62,000 nucleotides of DNA from Wallemia ichthyophaga EXF-994 (taxonomy: Eukaryota > Fungi > Basidiomycota): positions 240,001 to 302,000 of the forward strand of contig NW_008806276.1 in assembly GCF_000400465.1 (NCBI RefSeq), in the 5' to 3' direction. The position numbers were made by a program, and so were the translations under genes. Under the pieces are notes generated by a model. That model was not told the origin of the DNA. It worked only from the letters and a program-made list of their open reading frames with translations, and made no database searches. Below are positions 12,535 to 27,087 of the stretch, piece by piece; the first letter of the stretch is position 1, and each line of letters opens with the position of its first letter.

Positions 12535-13353
12535 ATGAAGTTAAACCTCGCCATCGCTGCCTCAATCCTCGGCTTTGCTGCTGCTGCACCAGCTGAGCGC
12601 CAAACTCAAGGCGTCGTAAACAGCTGCTACAAGCCAGACTCAATGGCTATCACCTACGACGACGGTCCATACCAATGGGACTACAACGTTAACAGCCAAT
12701 TCAACGCCGTCGGCGGTAAAACTACTTACTTTGTCAACGGTAACAACTGGAGCTGTATATACTCGGAGGAGAACGTGAGCCGTCTCCGTGCCCTTCACGA
12801 GAACGGCCACCAAATCGCTTCTCACACTTGGTATGTCTTTGAAGTTTTTCAATCTATCAGACACCTCTGACAGCTTGGCAGGGGACACGTCCACCTTCCT
12901 CAACTCACCAACGAACAAATCGATCAGCAAGTTCAACTCGTTGAAGACGCTTTATGGAAGATCATTGGTGTCGTTCCAAAGTTCATCCGCCCACCATACG
13001 GTGAAGTTGATGACAGAGTTGTACAGCACCTCCAAGACAGATGGGGCTTGACTGTTGTCAACTGGTCAGAAGACTCGAGAGACGCTCTCGGTGCATCTGA
13101 CCAAGAAATCTTGGACCTCTACGACGGCTTTGCTTCCGACACAAGTCAATCACACATTGTCTTGAACCATGCCGTTCACGAACCAGCCAGCCACTTGCCA
13201 CAAGTCTACGTCCCTGAAATGCAAAACGCTGGTTACTCACTCGACACTGTTGCTCAATGCCTCTACCAAGAGCCATACAAGGTTACCGGTGGTTACTCAC
13301 AAAGAGACGCCTCATGGACTTGTGAGGGCCTTCCAGCTCCAGGTGAAGCATAA
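12535..13353 (+). CDS. CDA: Secreted chitin deacetylase (CE4/NodB), intron 12831-12881
   Basis: Signal peptide MKLNLAIAASILGFAAA; CE4 motifs TYDDGP, SHTWGH (after splicing), RPPYG, IVLNH; no Ser/Thr tail or GPI signal seen. Confidence 0.92.
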
Positions 13354-13584
13354 GATGCTTAAATCAGCTCCTTATCAATGATGGCACGACATTACAACTA
13401 ACTTCATTACACTTTTAATAGACATTTTCGACTATTCCATTCCTTAAGTAAATGGATTACCTTTGGACTTCTTTTATATTTTACACCTCTATCTTTCTAA
13501 TTGAACACATCAAGACACTCATTGATAACATCAGTCTTTGAAAAACGAACATTGTCAATCAATCGAATAATGCATAGTATCACA

Positions 13585-14865
13585 CTAGTTTGGTTGTTTG
13601 AATTTGGTATGTGTGAGTGTACGTGCTCGTGTACTTGTTATGAGTGTTGCAAGTATGTAAGCATTGCTGGCAAACCAAAACAAACTTGCTATCCACAGAG
13701 GTATAAACAGAGGCTGGCCGAGGAACTCCAACCTATATGCGATAGAAAGCCACACAGCCTGTGAAGTAAGCCACAATATCGGCAAAACCACTTTTTGCTT
13801 CGTGCAGAGATTCAACGATGGCAGAACGACAGGCAAGAGCCAAATGTACCAGAGGAAGTACTATTGGGATGAGTTTTGTGAGTGTGCGTTCATGCGTTAC
13901 TTACCTGCGATGTACAAACCCTGTTGAAAGTGACAAACGCGTACGTCTGCAAAAACCAAGCGAGTGGGAGATCCACTCCGCCGTACACAACACCTAATCC
14001 AAGTGATAGGATGAGTTGCGGTACGAGTGAGAGGACTGGATTGGAGAAGAGTGAGACCGTGTCTGGTTGAACGTCGTAATTGAGGTAGGTGGGGTAGAAG
14101 TAGGGCGTGAAGTTGTGTCGGTGGTCCTTCCTCCCCACGTGGTAGAGGTAGGTCGATTCCACAAACTGCATGCCGTATCTAGAGGGAGTCTGAGAGTGAA
14201 ACCTTGTGTGATCACCCAAACTAAACCTACATCCTGTACATGGCCACATTCACAGCTGCAAAGACGCCCAAACTGATAGCCGAGAAAGAGGCCATCCGCG
14301 TAAACGACCTCGTCTTAGACCACATGTGAGCGAGTATCGAAGGTGCGTATATGAAAGGGTATATCTTATAATGAACGCTGAGTGCCATGAATACTGCGCT
14401 GAGCGTGTACTGCTCATGCAGGAGCAAATCGAGTGTGGACATGACAAGTACGCCTATGAGGGATTCCGGGGAGCCTCTGGTGGAAATAGAAATAACGACT
14501 GGGTTTAGTGTCCACAAGAGGTGAGATACATAGCCTCCTCTGCGACCGACGCGCAGTTTCCGCTGAATCCTATCCACACTCACACCAATTGCCAGATCTG
14601 CCAACGAGAAGAGAATTTTACCGAAATTCTCGTCGAGTGTTATATTCGGAAGGAGCATCCACGATAGCAGCGGCGTGTATCTGTACGTCCTCCGCTCGTA
14701 TGGTGACTGCCCACCGTGGACTAACTCAGCAGCTTCGCTCACTACGCGATAATCAACATCTGTGTATGTAGGACCACCGTTTGTGCGCGCTATACCATCG
14801 TAATAGCTCGAATATGCAATCAAAACAGCTCTAATGGCGAGTCCAGTAAGCAGGATCCAAGTCAT
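13585..14865 (-). CDS. GPI14: GPI mannosyltransferase I (PIG-M/Gpi14), spliced
   Basis: YTDVDYRV, SPYERRTYRYTPLL, ISTRGSPES, SVHYKIYPFIY, DHRHNF, TFNRVCTSQYFLWY, multi-TM character. Confidence 0.92.
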
Positions 14866-14908
14866 GATGAAATTAAGTCAACTTGATTAAATTAGTTAAA
14901 TCGATAAA

Positions 14909-16542
<1,634 letters not shown>

Positions 16543-16614
16543 CAGAAGGTGGTGGTGATGCAACAAGACAGGAGACATGTAAAATGTTGTAATTGCTTAC
16601 AAATTTGGATACCA

Positions 16615-17341
16615 CTACAATCTGCTTACAAAGTCTCTATTTTCCATCCAATCCAGGCTGTTATTCGAGAGGTGGTTGTCGAGATCATTCAAGTAATCAA
16701 CTAGTGTCTTGATTTTGGCTGTGTCGACGTTGGCGACGGGGAGAGTAACCTTGGAGAGCGACTGGGAATTAGTTGCTTTGAATGAATGTAGGGTGTAGCC
16801 TTTCCATTGCTTGTCCTCAGTGCTTCCACCGACAGCTACACCGACTACGTGCTTGCTATTACCAGCATTCATCTTAATTCTGTTTAGTATTTGTATTCCA
16901 GTTGAGCTCAGCGTTGGATTCTGTTCCAAAATCTCGGACGCCTCGTACATGCCCACCAAATCCATACCTTTGGAGCGTGCGTGGGTGTGTATCTGTGAAT
17001 TTGTAAGTGGACTGCCTATATTGCCTGTACTACAAGTACCATTTCCAGTCCCATTTCCATCACCACTGAGAGCGTGTTCCAGAGGTGCTGCACCGGTACA
17101 GCGTCTTGTGGGAGTGTTAATAGACCTTCAGCACTGCTACGCAAACGATAACACACCAATAATCTCCACCTCATTCGCCTCTATCCTTCCTATCAAAACC
17201 CCATTAATAGCGGCTTCTGGGTATTTGGCTGCCAGTGGTTGTACGTGAGTTCTGTACACTGTTAATACGCCTAAACACACCAGCATGCGCAATAATCTTT
17301 GAATGTACGCGAGTGTTTATGCTGCTCATGCTCATGCTCAT
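16615..17341 (-). CDS. EMC8: ER membrane complex subunit 8/9-like (UPF0172, MPN-like)
   Basis: Spliced KIIAHAAKYPEAAINGVLIG...DAVPVQHLWNTLSVVMEMGLEM...LVGMY...DLDNHLSNNSLDWMEN. Confidence 0.8.
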
Positions 17342-17342
17342 G
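17325..17342 (+). repeat. Short tandem repeat (CTCATG)x3 encoding three in-frame starts (MSMSMS) of EMC8/9 on the minus strand
   Basis: Read directly from the sequence. Confidence 0.9.
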
Positions 17343-17385
17343 CTGAAAGTAAAGGAAATCAATATTCAAGCCATTTAAAGTAATT

Positions 17386-18090
17386 TTAGTAATGTAATCT
17401 GTGCGTGAAGCATTGGTAGCCATTTGGATTGTTGATCAGGTACTTCTGGTGATAATCCTCTGCCTTCCACCACTTGAATTTGTTTACTGGGTTGATTTGC
17501 GTGGCGATTGTGGAGCCATTTGGTGTAAAGTGAGCTTGCTGGACTTGCTCTCTAACTGAATCAGCGACATTCTTCTGCTCCTCGGAAGTTGGGAAGAGTG
17601 CCGTGCGATACTGTGTACCGACGTCAGCGCCTTGGCGATCAACTTGAGTTGGATCGTGAGTGCGGAAGAAGAAATCGAGGAGCTCCTCGTAGCTCGCATT
17701 GCGCTTGTCCCAAGTCAACGACAAGGCTTCTGCGTGTCCAGTTGTACCCGTACAAACAAGTCTGTAAGAAGGATCGTTGCCTGCTCTGTGATTAGAGAAT
17801 ATGGAGTGTGCGTATAGCTAACCCACCAACGCCTGCATCGTCACCGCCAATAAATCCAACCTCTGCGCTTATTATGGAATCCTTGAAATATTTCCTAAAA
17901 AGCTCCTCCGTGCTGTAGCTGGTGTCAGTACCACCGGTAGATGACCGATAAGAGGAAATTACCCCCAAAAGCAGCCATTTGCGAATATCGAAGTTTCTGG
18001 TTGCGGATCTGGGAGCTGTTTGATCTTGTTCTCCCTCATTTCTGCAGCATCTCTAGCAAGCTTGATTGTTGGCTGTATCTTTGTGACCAT
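17386..18090 (-). CDS. MSRA: Peptide methionine sulfoxide reductase A
   Basis: FANGCFWG active site, VGFIGG, VCTGTTGHAE, FFRTHDPT, QGADVGTQYR, AEDYHQKYL. Confidence 0.93.
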
Positions 18091-18212
18091 TGTGTGGCTG
18101 TGGCTGTTGTGTGGATTAGGTACAGCACCACGGAAACAACAAATCTCCCACTTCTTCCCGAGTGATTTGAATAAGTTAAGAATATTGATGATGGTTGTTT
18201 GTAACGGTCAAG

Positions 18213-18636
18213 ATGCAGACACAGAATGTTCGCCGTAAAACACAAATGAAGGGTCAATTTACCAAAGAGTGTGAGTGGTGTGGTGTTAGAATGTAAATAT
18301 CCCCCTAACGCGCCTTATGCCTAAGTACGCCCACTAATGTACTCATTCGGCGACGACGTCAATCCAGATCCAGAAGCAACAAACGTGTTGGAGGAGATAT
18401 TGATTGACTTTATAATGGAAATATGCTACAAATCGCAAAAGGCGAGTGGAAATCGCGGTAAAATAAAGATCGAAGACATCAAGTTCGTACTGCGTAACGA
18501 CACCAAGAAGCTGAATAGAGTTGAGGAGTTGCTGTACATGCAAGAGGATATAAAGAGGGCAAGAGCTGCTTTCAATGAAGGTGACATCATCCAAGATGCT
18601 GTAAAGGCTAATGGCAACAAGAAGCCTGCTACTTGA
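18213..18636 (+). CDS. TAF13: TFIID subunit TAF13 (intron 18271-18325)
   Basis: KGQFTKELRPLMYSFGDD.NP, LEEILIDFI, KIKIEDIKFVLRNDTKKLNRVEELL, DIKRARAAF. Confidence 0.9.
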
Positions 18637-18864
18637 TGGATTTCTGATTGAATATTTGAATTACCTCAGCTGCCTTCCCTGTCCACTCGCACTCGCACTC
18701 GCCGCTCGAAACGCAATTCCCGCACAACTCACCAGCCAAATAATGAAATTTGTAAAAGAAATTCTTGAAATTTTTCTCTCATCTGGAGGACTCCTTGACG
18801 CTGCGAATATTGAGCGTAAATTTGGCAGTGTCATTGATATCGCGTCGTTGTACTTGAACACCCA

Positions 18865-21749
18865 ATGGACACCTCCCTAAACATATCAAATATAAATCGA
18901 TCAACTGTGAATTTAATCTCTGAAATCATAGACTCTGTTCCACGCGGTTCTCACTCTTTTCTCTCGTTATTCAATGCTTATAATCAAGTACTCGACGCGC
19001 ACGGAATTGATCAAAACGATGAAGTGGAATTGTATGATTTGCTATTGAAATTGGGTGTCGTTAGAGGACGCGATTGGTTTGAAAGGTGGCAAGCTATTGT
19101 GAATTCTGAGTATTCCGAGTATTCTGAGTTTTCTATTCATAATAGTCATAATATCCATAATAATCGCGATACTGTGTTTTTAGACCATAGCAGCTCACCC
19201 ACTTTATCCAATTCCTCTCATTCTCACTCTTCTCACTCTCATTCCACTTCCACTGCTGCACTGGCTGCTGATGCTAGACAAACTGACAAGGAATACCCTC
19301 CAATCCAATATGAGCACTCGTCTCATCGCTCACCTCAAACACTCCATGCACGCGCAATGGCTAGTGTTCACGCTCAGACTAATCGCGTTCGTCAGTCTCA
19401 ACTAGCACAGAGACGCCAAGAACATCAGCACCACCAACGCGCTCAACTTGCTCGCAAAAGGGAGCTCGACGAAGCGAGACAGCGAGCGGATGAAAATAAA
19501 GTCCTTAGAGAAATGGAAAGCGCTGCTGATGCTTTGCATAATCAAAACATTCTAACACGCACTTTCAACGCTTGGTTTGGACTGTTTAGGTGGATTCACG
19601 AGAGTAATGTGAAAGTAGAAACGGTACAACAATCTCGCATTCTCAGTACCTTCTTTCATAAATGGCAGTATGCACTCAACAGTCATGTCTTTGCTGCCAC
19701 CCACGTTGCAGTGTCGCACGACAATACCAGAATAACAAACGATACCCTCAAACTATGGAAAATTCGTCTAAGACACAGACTTCGCCACAGAAAGGAAAAT
19801 AGATTGCGCACGACATACGTAACTATACGTAAGGGTATTGCGAAGAGATTGATGGAAAAGGCTTGGCAGCTATGGCGGCAAGCAACCGATACGAGGAGGG
19901 CAGATATGAGGTATTCGTATGCGACAATGAGCGCGCATTTCAAGCAATGGAAGCAACGCACCATACAAGTACTCGAGAAGGACAGTCTTGTTGTTGAATT
20001 GGCTACTATTGCGAACGAGAGACGAGCAGCGAGGTTTTTGAATCGCTGGAAACAACGTTGCATTCTCCAAACCCGAGAAAGACAATATGAGGAGAGATGG
20101 CGGGGAGATGCGACGCGCACATACTTTGATGCGTGGAAATACAGAACTGATACCAATAAAGCAGCCGCAGCATGGCGAGATGCATCTGCAGTGCGCACTG
20201 CTTTCTACGCCTGGCAGCGGAAATTGTACACGGTACAGAAATTCACTGCTCTGGCTGATACCTTCTCGCAAGATAGACACGAAGCAATCAGGAGACAGAC
20301 TATACACCAGTGGCAACTCTCGCTCAAGTGCTTCACTTTCCACCTCTCACATATGCACACGCTCGGCCAGCTCGTCCTGCAGTACTGGTACAGCAAAATG
20401 CAAGATGTTCAGGAAAGAGAATTGGTGGCTGAAGAGTACCATTTCGTGCACATCCGGGAGTTGGGTGTAGGTCTGTTCGACAGGTGGAAGTCAAGATGGG
20501 GTGAGGTGCGCGTTAGGAATGGGCTGGCTGTCGAATTCAGGCAAGTGAACAGCCAGCATGTTGCATTGAAAAAGTGGATGCGTAACTACCAGCATAAACG
20601 GATGATGAACAGACGTGGATATGTGCTGCGACGGATGATCCAGAAGAAAAATGCTTTCTATGGATGGAGAATGGCTCTCAGTCGGAAGAGACAGGAAGAG
20701 TGGATAGGCAGACGCGAGCTGACTGTCAAGAAAGACAGCTGGAATGGTGGGTGGTGTGTTGCACCGAAAAACACTCCTGACACATCTACCCAGTGTGGAG
20801 AAACAGATTTGGCGTTCTATGTGACCTCAGAGCTCGAGAAGACCTTTTCAAAGCTGAGCGCACGCACAAGACACTCACATCGGCTGTGCTCCAGAAGTGG
20901 CTTCAGAGGACTATTGACAGCCGCGACGTGATGTATTCTGCCGACATGCTGCACGAGCGGAAGAGAAAGAAGTGGGTGTACTTCCTCTAGCTTTTTAGAA
21001 TTGGTGAGGAGATTCTGTGTGCATTCTAACACAAACCCAGGTCTGTTATGCAGCAGTGGCGAGCCAAGAACACAGCCGTGCAGGGTCTGCACAGCGCCGG
21101 TGCGGCGTACCGGGAGGCGAAAGAAGAGAGTGAGTGGAGTGTTAGAGGGGAGCGAGGAGAGCACAGTCTAACGCAGCGCCCAACAGACACCCGTCGCGGC
21201 ATGCTGGCGAGATGGCAGCGTCGAACGCAGTTGGGAGTGGAACAGAGCAGAAAGTGTGAGCAATTCCTCTCACGACGCTTAACGCGCACGAAACGCACAG
21301 CATTCGAGGCGTGGTACGACCAGATAAAGACACTAGAACTGGAAGCGGTAGAGACGGAGATGCTGATACTGCGTCGGGAGCGGATGCTGCATGCGGGACT
21401 AGCGCGGTGGATGAGCGTTTGTGCTGCACTACCTGCTGTGCGTCATTACAATACCTCTCTCAAGACGCGCACATTGCGCTTGTGGAATGCCCAGCTGCCA
21501 TCGGCACGTAATGCTCGGCTAGCTGCTCATATCAGTCGCAGAGAGTCGCTCACCAAGTGGCTCGGCATGTGGAGAGATAACGTACAGATTAAACGCTCCA
21601 GACGCGCCATTGCACGCGCTAGGACTCTCGGGAAAAGGCCATCGGCGAGTAGACTGAAACAGGCGGCGGCGAGAGCGGAAGCGAGCGCGACACCGTCGCC
21701 TGAGCTGGGAATACGGAGGCCGTTTAGCAGAGTAAATCGAGTGTATTGA
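18865..21749 (+). CDS. SFI1: Sfi1-like centrin-binding spindle pole body protein, spliced
   Basis: N-terminal FLSLFNAYNQVL...LYDLLLKLGVVRGRDWFERW, then many Trp-containing helical repeats (F..W, L..W). Confidence 0.8.
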
Positions 21750-22058
21750 AATAGTGAAATAAAAATTCATGTCCTTTTTCTCTGGTTTCTGAACCGAGAA
21801 GACTTTCTTCAGCTCGGCCATCACATAATTGCACAGCGCGAAAATGGCTGTGGAGTTCTGAATGTCCGGCAGAGTGACAGCGTCAATTAGAGCAGGCGCG
21901 GTATTTTAGATTGCCGCATCTGTGTCAAATGACGCATAAATTTGTTTTGTAAGATAAACTTTAAAGGATGTATGAGCCTTGTATGTGGTATAAAAACAGC
22001 CACATAGCCCCAAACACACACAAACTGCACGAATCACGCGTGTTTACCGCCTTCTTCC

Positions 22059-23279
22059 ATGTTCATAGCTTCGAGACACCTTCCACCGATAAAACCGGGT
22101 CGAATTCCCTCGATAGAGGATTTGGAGCGGGTAATTAACAGCCTCAGGGCTATATACACGTCGACAGTGGCAGGGATAAAGGTATCCAACCCGACACAAG
22201 GCGTGGATGGGTGGTCGTCGATACATGCCAACGACGATGGCGAGAATGTCTACGCATCGGACACGCGTGTGCAGTACGCGGCGGAGAACGAAGACGACAG
22301 CTTCGAGAGGAAGTGGTCGAGCAACTGGCTGACGCGATTGATAGCCCTAAGCGAGGAGTGGCTGGGTGAGGTTGAAGCGGGAGAGGGAGACGAGACGACG
22401 GAGGCTTACAGAGAGAGAGAGAGAGTCGTAGAAATGGCTGCAGCGGCTCTGGCGTGTGTTGCGGGCATGTCTGGTGAGTTGATGTATTCTTGCATATTGC
22501 AAATTGCATTTGAAAAAGCAACAAGGCTAACGCGCTTACTCTACACTCGTTAACCTACAGCCGCTGGTCCCATCGATCGCACATTCAATTTCATCGGCCG
22601 GGATGCCACACCATTCGAGATAGTGATGCACGACAACACAGTCAACGGCCACGAGGATGTCGGCGCTCAGACTTGGGGAGCCGCCGTGCACCTGTCGCGG
22701 CTGGTATGTCGCTACCCTGACCATTTCGGCGTGCGCGACGGGAGTCGTTTGCTGGAAGTAGGTGCGGGTACGGGATTGGTGGGAATTGCGTGCGCGCAAA
22801 TGGCGTCGCAGCTGGATTACAAGCGTACACAAGTCGTTCTAAGCGACTACCTAAGCGACATAATAGCGAATCTGCGCAGGAATGTCCAAGTGAATCGCAC
22901 AAGCACACCTACACACGTTACACATCTCGATTGGAATAGCAGTGATAGTGAGAGTGCGTTAGGCACGTTCGATACAATGTTCGGTGCAGATGTCTGCTAC
23001 GACCTCAGCCACGCTTACATGCTGCACAACGCAGCTGCTCAGCTGCTGTCGAAGCAGGGCACTTTCCACGTCCTCATCGCTCTCCGTAAGACACATGTAG
23101 GGATGAAGGAGAGCGTCGAGGATGCTTTCAGCGGTCGGTTCATTCAACCAGACGGGGATGCGTTGTGTATAGACAATACAGACCTCTTTGATGTGGAGAA
23201 AGGTCTCGGCAGAGCTGATGAGCTTGGTTACGCTCGTTTCGAGATAAAGTGGAAATCGCAAATTTCTACCTCAACCTGA
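22059..23279 (+). CDS. Seven-beta-strand protein lysine methyltransferase (METTL21/Efm2-like), spliced
   Basis: DVGAQTWGAAVHL, LEVGAGTGLVG, LSDY, LDW, GADVCYD motifs. Confidence 0.8.
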
Positions 23280-23418
23280 AAACAACAGCTGCGGTAACGC
23301 GAGCAGCGCGATGTATGCTACTATAGACACACCATGTAGACCACCTCTTTAAATTTATGTTTGTGAAAGTTTTTACAATTTGCGCTGTTTACCGCCTTCT
23401 TTCAACACCTCCAGCTTG

Positions 23419-24608
23419 ATGTCATCGGCAGCTAGAAATCTCGCGACAAAGACGCTCCGTGGGTGTAGATAGCGTGTAGGATGCCCAGCTAACACCGCAC
23501 AGGCTTCGGGATGCTCCCGGCGGATGGAATCGGCCATGAAGTGCTTCCTGTAGGCGGAGAAGGAGAGGGAAGGAAAGAAGCGTGCTGACACAACCTTCAG
23601 CCAGCACAGAGAGTGCTTGAGGAGCTTTCATCGAGGAAAACCCTCCCTAAGCTCGAGTTCATCCCGCTCAACGCAGGATTCGAGTATTTCAGAAGAGCAG
23701 GCGTTGCACTGCCGGATGAGACGATAGAGGTAATGAAAAACGACGTCGACGGCGCTATCTTTGGCAGTGTATCGAGCCCATCGCACAAGGTAACGGGTTA
23801 CTCGTCACCAATCGTCGCATTGCGCAAGCACCTCGACTTGTACGCCAACATCAGACCAGTGTCGACCGTGGATGGGAAAGTAGACATGGTGACAGTGAGA
23901 GAGAACACGGAGTGTCTTTATATCAAGAAAGAGGAGCTGGACACGCTGGGTGACGGGTCAAAGGTGGCTAGAGCTACCCGCCAAATAACCCAGAATGCGT
24001 CTGAAAGGATCGGGAAGCTTGCTTTCGAGATAGCGTTGAAGAGGGACAAGGTCAGACAGTCACAGTCGCAGTGTAGCTCACCTCACACAGAGCCAAGCGT
24101 CTGGTCGATACACAAATCCAACGTATTGAGCGTTACGGATGGATTGTTCAGGGAGTCGATCAAGGCGGCCCACAAGTCTGATGAGAGGTTTAGCAAGGTG
24201 AAGCTGGTTGAGCAGCTGGTCGATTCATTCGTTTATAGAATGTTCAGGGAGCCACAGCTGTTCGATGTCTGTGTTGCGCCTAATCTCTACGGAGACATTA
24301 TATCAGATGGGGCAGCAGCACTGGTTGGGAGTCTCGGAGTCGTGCCATCGATAAACGCGAATGATACGTTTGCAATGGCAGAACCCGTGCACGGATCAGC
24401 ACCGGACATTGCAGGGAAGAATATCGCGAACCCAATAGCATCGATTAGATCAGCAGCGCTTATGATCGAGCATATGGGGTACTCGGAGGCAGCAGCAGGG
24501 ATTTACAGAGCAGTGGATGAGGTTTTGAAGGGGGACAAGGTGACACCGGATCTGGGTGGCAAGGCAACGACGACGGATGTGGAAGAGGCGGTGCTTAGAG
24601 CGTTGTAA
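23419..24608 (+). CDS. LYS12: Homoisocitrate dehydrogenase, mitochondrial, spliced
   Basis: LRFGMLPADGIGHEVLP, FGSVSSPSHKVTGYSSPIVALRK.LDLYANIRPV, PNLYGDIISD, EPVHGSAPDIAGK. Confidence 0.9.
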
Positions 24609-24631
24609 GGGAATAAATGTGTTTATCGGGC

Positions 24632-25051
24632 TCAACCGAGGAAAGAAATAGCGCAAAAGTGGAGGAGAAGCGAGGCAAAGACAAAGTCAGCGAATGATCT
24701 TGAGAGGGAGTTAAATGGTTAAATGGAACAACGCGTAACCCACCTCTCTGGGGATATTTGAGTGAAATGATGTGCGTTGGATGGATTTGATTGGATTCTG
24801 AGGTTCACGGTGAGGATGAACTGTCCAACCTTTGAAATGAAGCTGAGTGATTGTGAGGTGCTTTCGCCGTATAAAATCCCAACTCACCTTCCCAAGAAGG
24901 CGTTGTACGGTGTGTTATCGATACACAGCGCATAGACGAATTCCAAGACAGCGGAAAGGCATAACACGAGTAAGAAGGAATCCAATAGCTTGTATTGGCT
25001 CGGCGTTTTGTTGTTGTAGCTGTGCAGTAAATTACCAATTATACTCGTCAT
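24632..25051 (-). CDS. OST2: Oligosaccharyltransferase subunit Ost2/DAD1 (109 aa; introns 24843-24887 and 24699-24743)
   Basis: Spliced MTSIIGNLLHSYNNKTPSQYKLLDSFLL...PYNAFLGSFISKVGQFILTVNLRIQ...ISPERSFADFVFASLLLHFCAISFLG*; not recoverable from the ORF track. Confidence 0.93.
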
Positions 25052-25075
25052 GGCGGTTCCTCACCAACACCCAAC

Positions 25076-25720
25076 ATGAATATCGTTGTCTTAATCTCTG
25101 GCTCTGGTTCAAATTTACAAGCGATTCTCGATTCTCTGCCGCATCAGCATTCTTCTACGCCGCTAGGAACTCCCGCTCATCTCCACTTGCCTCCTTCTGT
25201 AAACGTTAAGGCGGTAATATCAAACAAGTCAAATGTATTTGGTTTAGAAAGGGCTAAACGCTGTGATCCTCCTATCCCCACCCAAGTCCTCGCCCTCAAA
25301 ACATTCCTCAATCGAAACCCAGGTTCAAGTAGACAAGACTGGGAAATTGAACTCAGTAACATGGTAAACTCACACAAACCTGACCTCATCGTCTTGGCTG
25401 GCTTCATGATGATCCTTTCCCCTGCTTTCCTCAACAATATCCACCAAAAACCAATCATTAACCTCCATCCTGCCCTTCCCGGGGCCTTTGACGGTGCACA
25501 CGCAATTGAGAGGGCTTACGATGCCTTCAAACAAGGTCACATATCCAAAACTGGCTGCATGGTCCACTACGTCATCCCCCAAGTCGACCGTGGTGAGCCT
25601 ATTGTCGTTGCAGACGTGGACATACACAAACAAGACACGCTTGAATCTATGGAAAACAGAATACACGAGACTGAATGGCGGATTATCATTCAAGCCGTGA
25701 AAAAAGTTTTGAATGTCTAG
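25076..25720 (+). CDS. ADE8: Phosphoribosylglycinamide formyltransferase
   Basis: IVVLISGSGSNLQAI, DLIVLAGFM.IL, INLHPALPGAFDG.HAIERA, GCMVHYV..VDRG. Confidence 0.95.
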   Translation: MNIVVLISGSGSNLQAILDSLPHQHSSTPLGTPAHLHLPPSVNVKAVISNKSNVFGLERAKRCDPPIPTQVLALKTFLNRNPGSSRQDWEIELSNMVNSHKPDLIVLAGFMMILSPAFLNNIHQKPIINLHPALPGAFDGAHAIERAYDAFKQGHISKTGCMVHYVIPQVDRGEPIVVADVDIHKQDTLESMENRIHETEWRIIIQAVKKVLNV

Positions 25721-27087
25721 CACCGATACACACTTTCTCCCTTGACATATGTCGCCTTAACCTTCCCAGTGTATCTATCGACTATCACCAAATCCCCGTC
25801 TGAGCCTACATCTAAATTGCCTTTGTGTGTCAACTGAAGGAGTGATGCTGGGTGGTAGGAAGCGCATGCGAGTGCCCCACCGAAACACCTCGAGTTTGTG
25901 AATGACTTGAGATTCCTAACACATTCATCTAGCGTGCTAGCGCTTCCAGCGAGCGTGGTAGTGTTCTCCAAATACAGTCTAGCGCCCTGCTTGAATAGTC
26001 TCCTGCCATCGCGCCAGTCGTGGATACCGTCGCCGAGATGGGGGTCCATAAGGGGCATAGCGTCAGTTACGAGGATACACCCACTTGGATGAGCGTCATA
26101 AGCCAATCTTACAGCATTCGGATGAACATGCACGCCATCGACGATCAGCCCATAAAACGGCCTTTTCGGCTGATTGCCGAGCAAACCGATAACGCCGGGG
26201 TCACGGTGGTGCAGCTGCGGCATAGCGTTGAAAAGGTGCGTGATAAACCGCGCTCCGTCGTCCACACACTTACTCGCCAGGTCCACATCTGCATCTGAAT
26301 GTCCGATCGAGACGACAACGCCGGGCAGCTGCGCGAGAGGCGCAATTGCCCCAGCTATCCCATCCACATCTGGAGCTAGGGTGAGCAGCTTCACGCCGCT
26401 GTCGGGTGTACGCAGCTGCGTCGCTGCACTGTCATAAACTCCCTCGATCGAACTCAAACCCCGCGGCGCTGTGAGGAGGAACGGCGGCGCATGCGCTCCT
26501 TTTCGCGATCCTGCTATAAATGGCCCTTCGGCATGGTAGCCGAGGATGTGCGCTGAGTTTGCCTGCGAGCGTGGTCCAAGTAGCGGGATAATCTGGTGTG
26601 TTGGTGTTGGTGTTAGCGGCTTTCATCTTGGCGTAATCACTGTCTCCCACCTCCCGGTACAGATCTTGCTGCTGGGTTATTATCGTTGGCAGAAATGACG
26701 TCGTTCCGGTCTCAACTATCTTTCCAGCCACCCTGTCCAGCCCGGCGAGATACGCGTCCGTTTGCTCGTGCTTGCTCAAATTCTCAGTACCCAGTGGCGG
26801 CCACAGGCTGAAATCGAACCCATAAGCACCATTTATCTGGACATCTATCAACCCTGGCGAGAGTATATCACCAGCGCAATCGATTATTTGTGAAGGAAGC
26901 TCTTGGGCAGCGTAGAAAAAATCCTGTCCTGAGATGATTTTGCCCGTGTGCGTATCGACGTAGACATCCGCGTGGGCTAGCTGTGTGTTTGTGGTTAGTC
27001 GGGCGTGCTCTGCTCTACAATCACTATCACACCCACACTGCCATCACGTTGTAGACACACGCAGTTGGTGAACTTTGTTACTTTCAT
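25717..27087 (-). CDS. DAC1: N-acetylglucosamine-6-phosphate deacetylase, multi-intron
   Basis: PGLIDVQINGAYG, TGTTSFLPTII, EGPF, TLAPD, SIGHS, THLFNAM, GLIVDGVHVHP, TLAGS. Confidence 0.93.
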
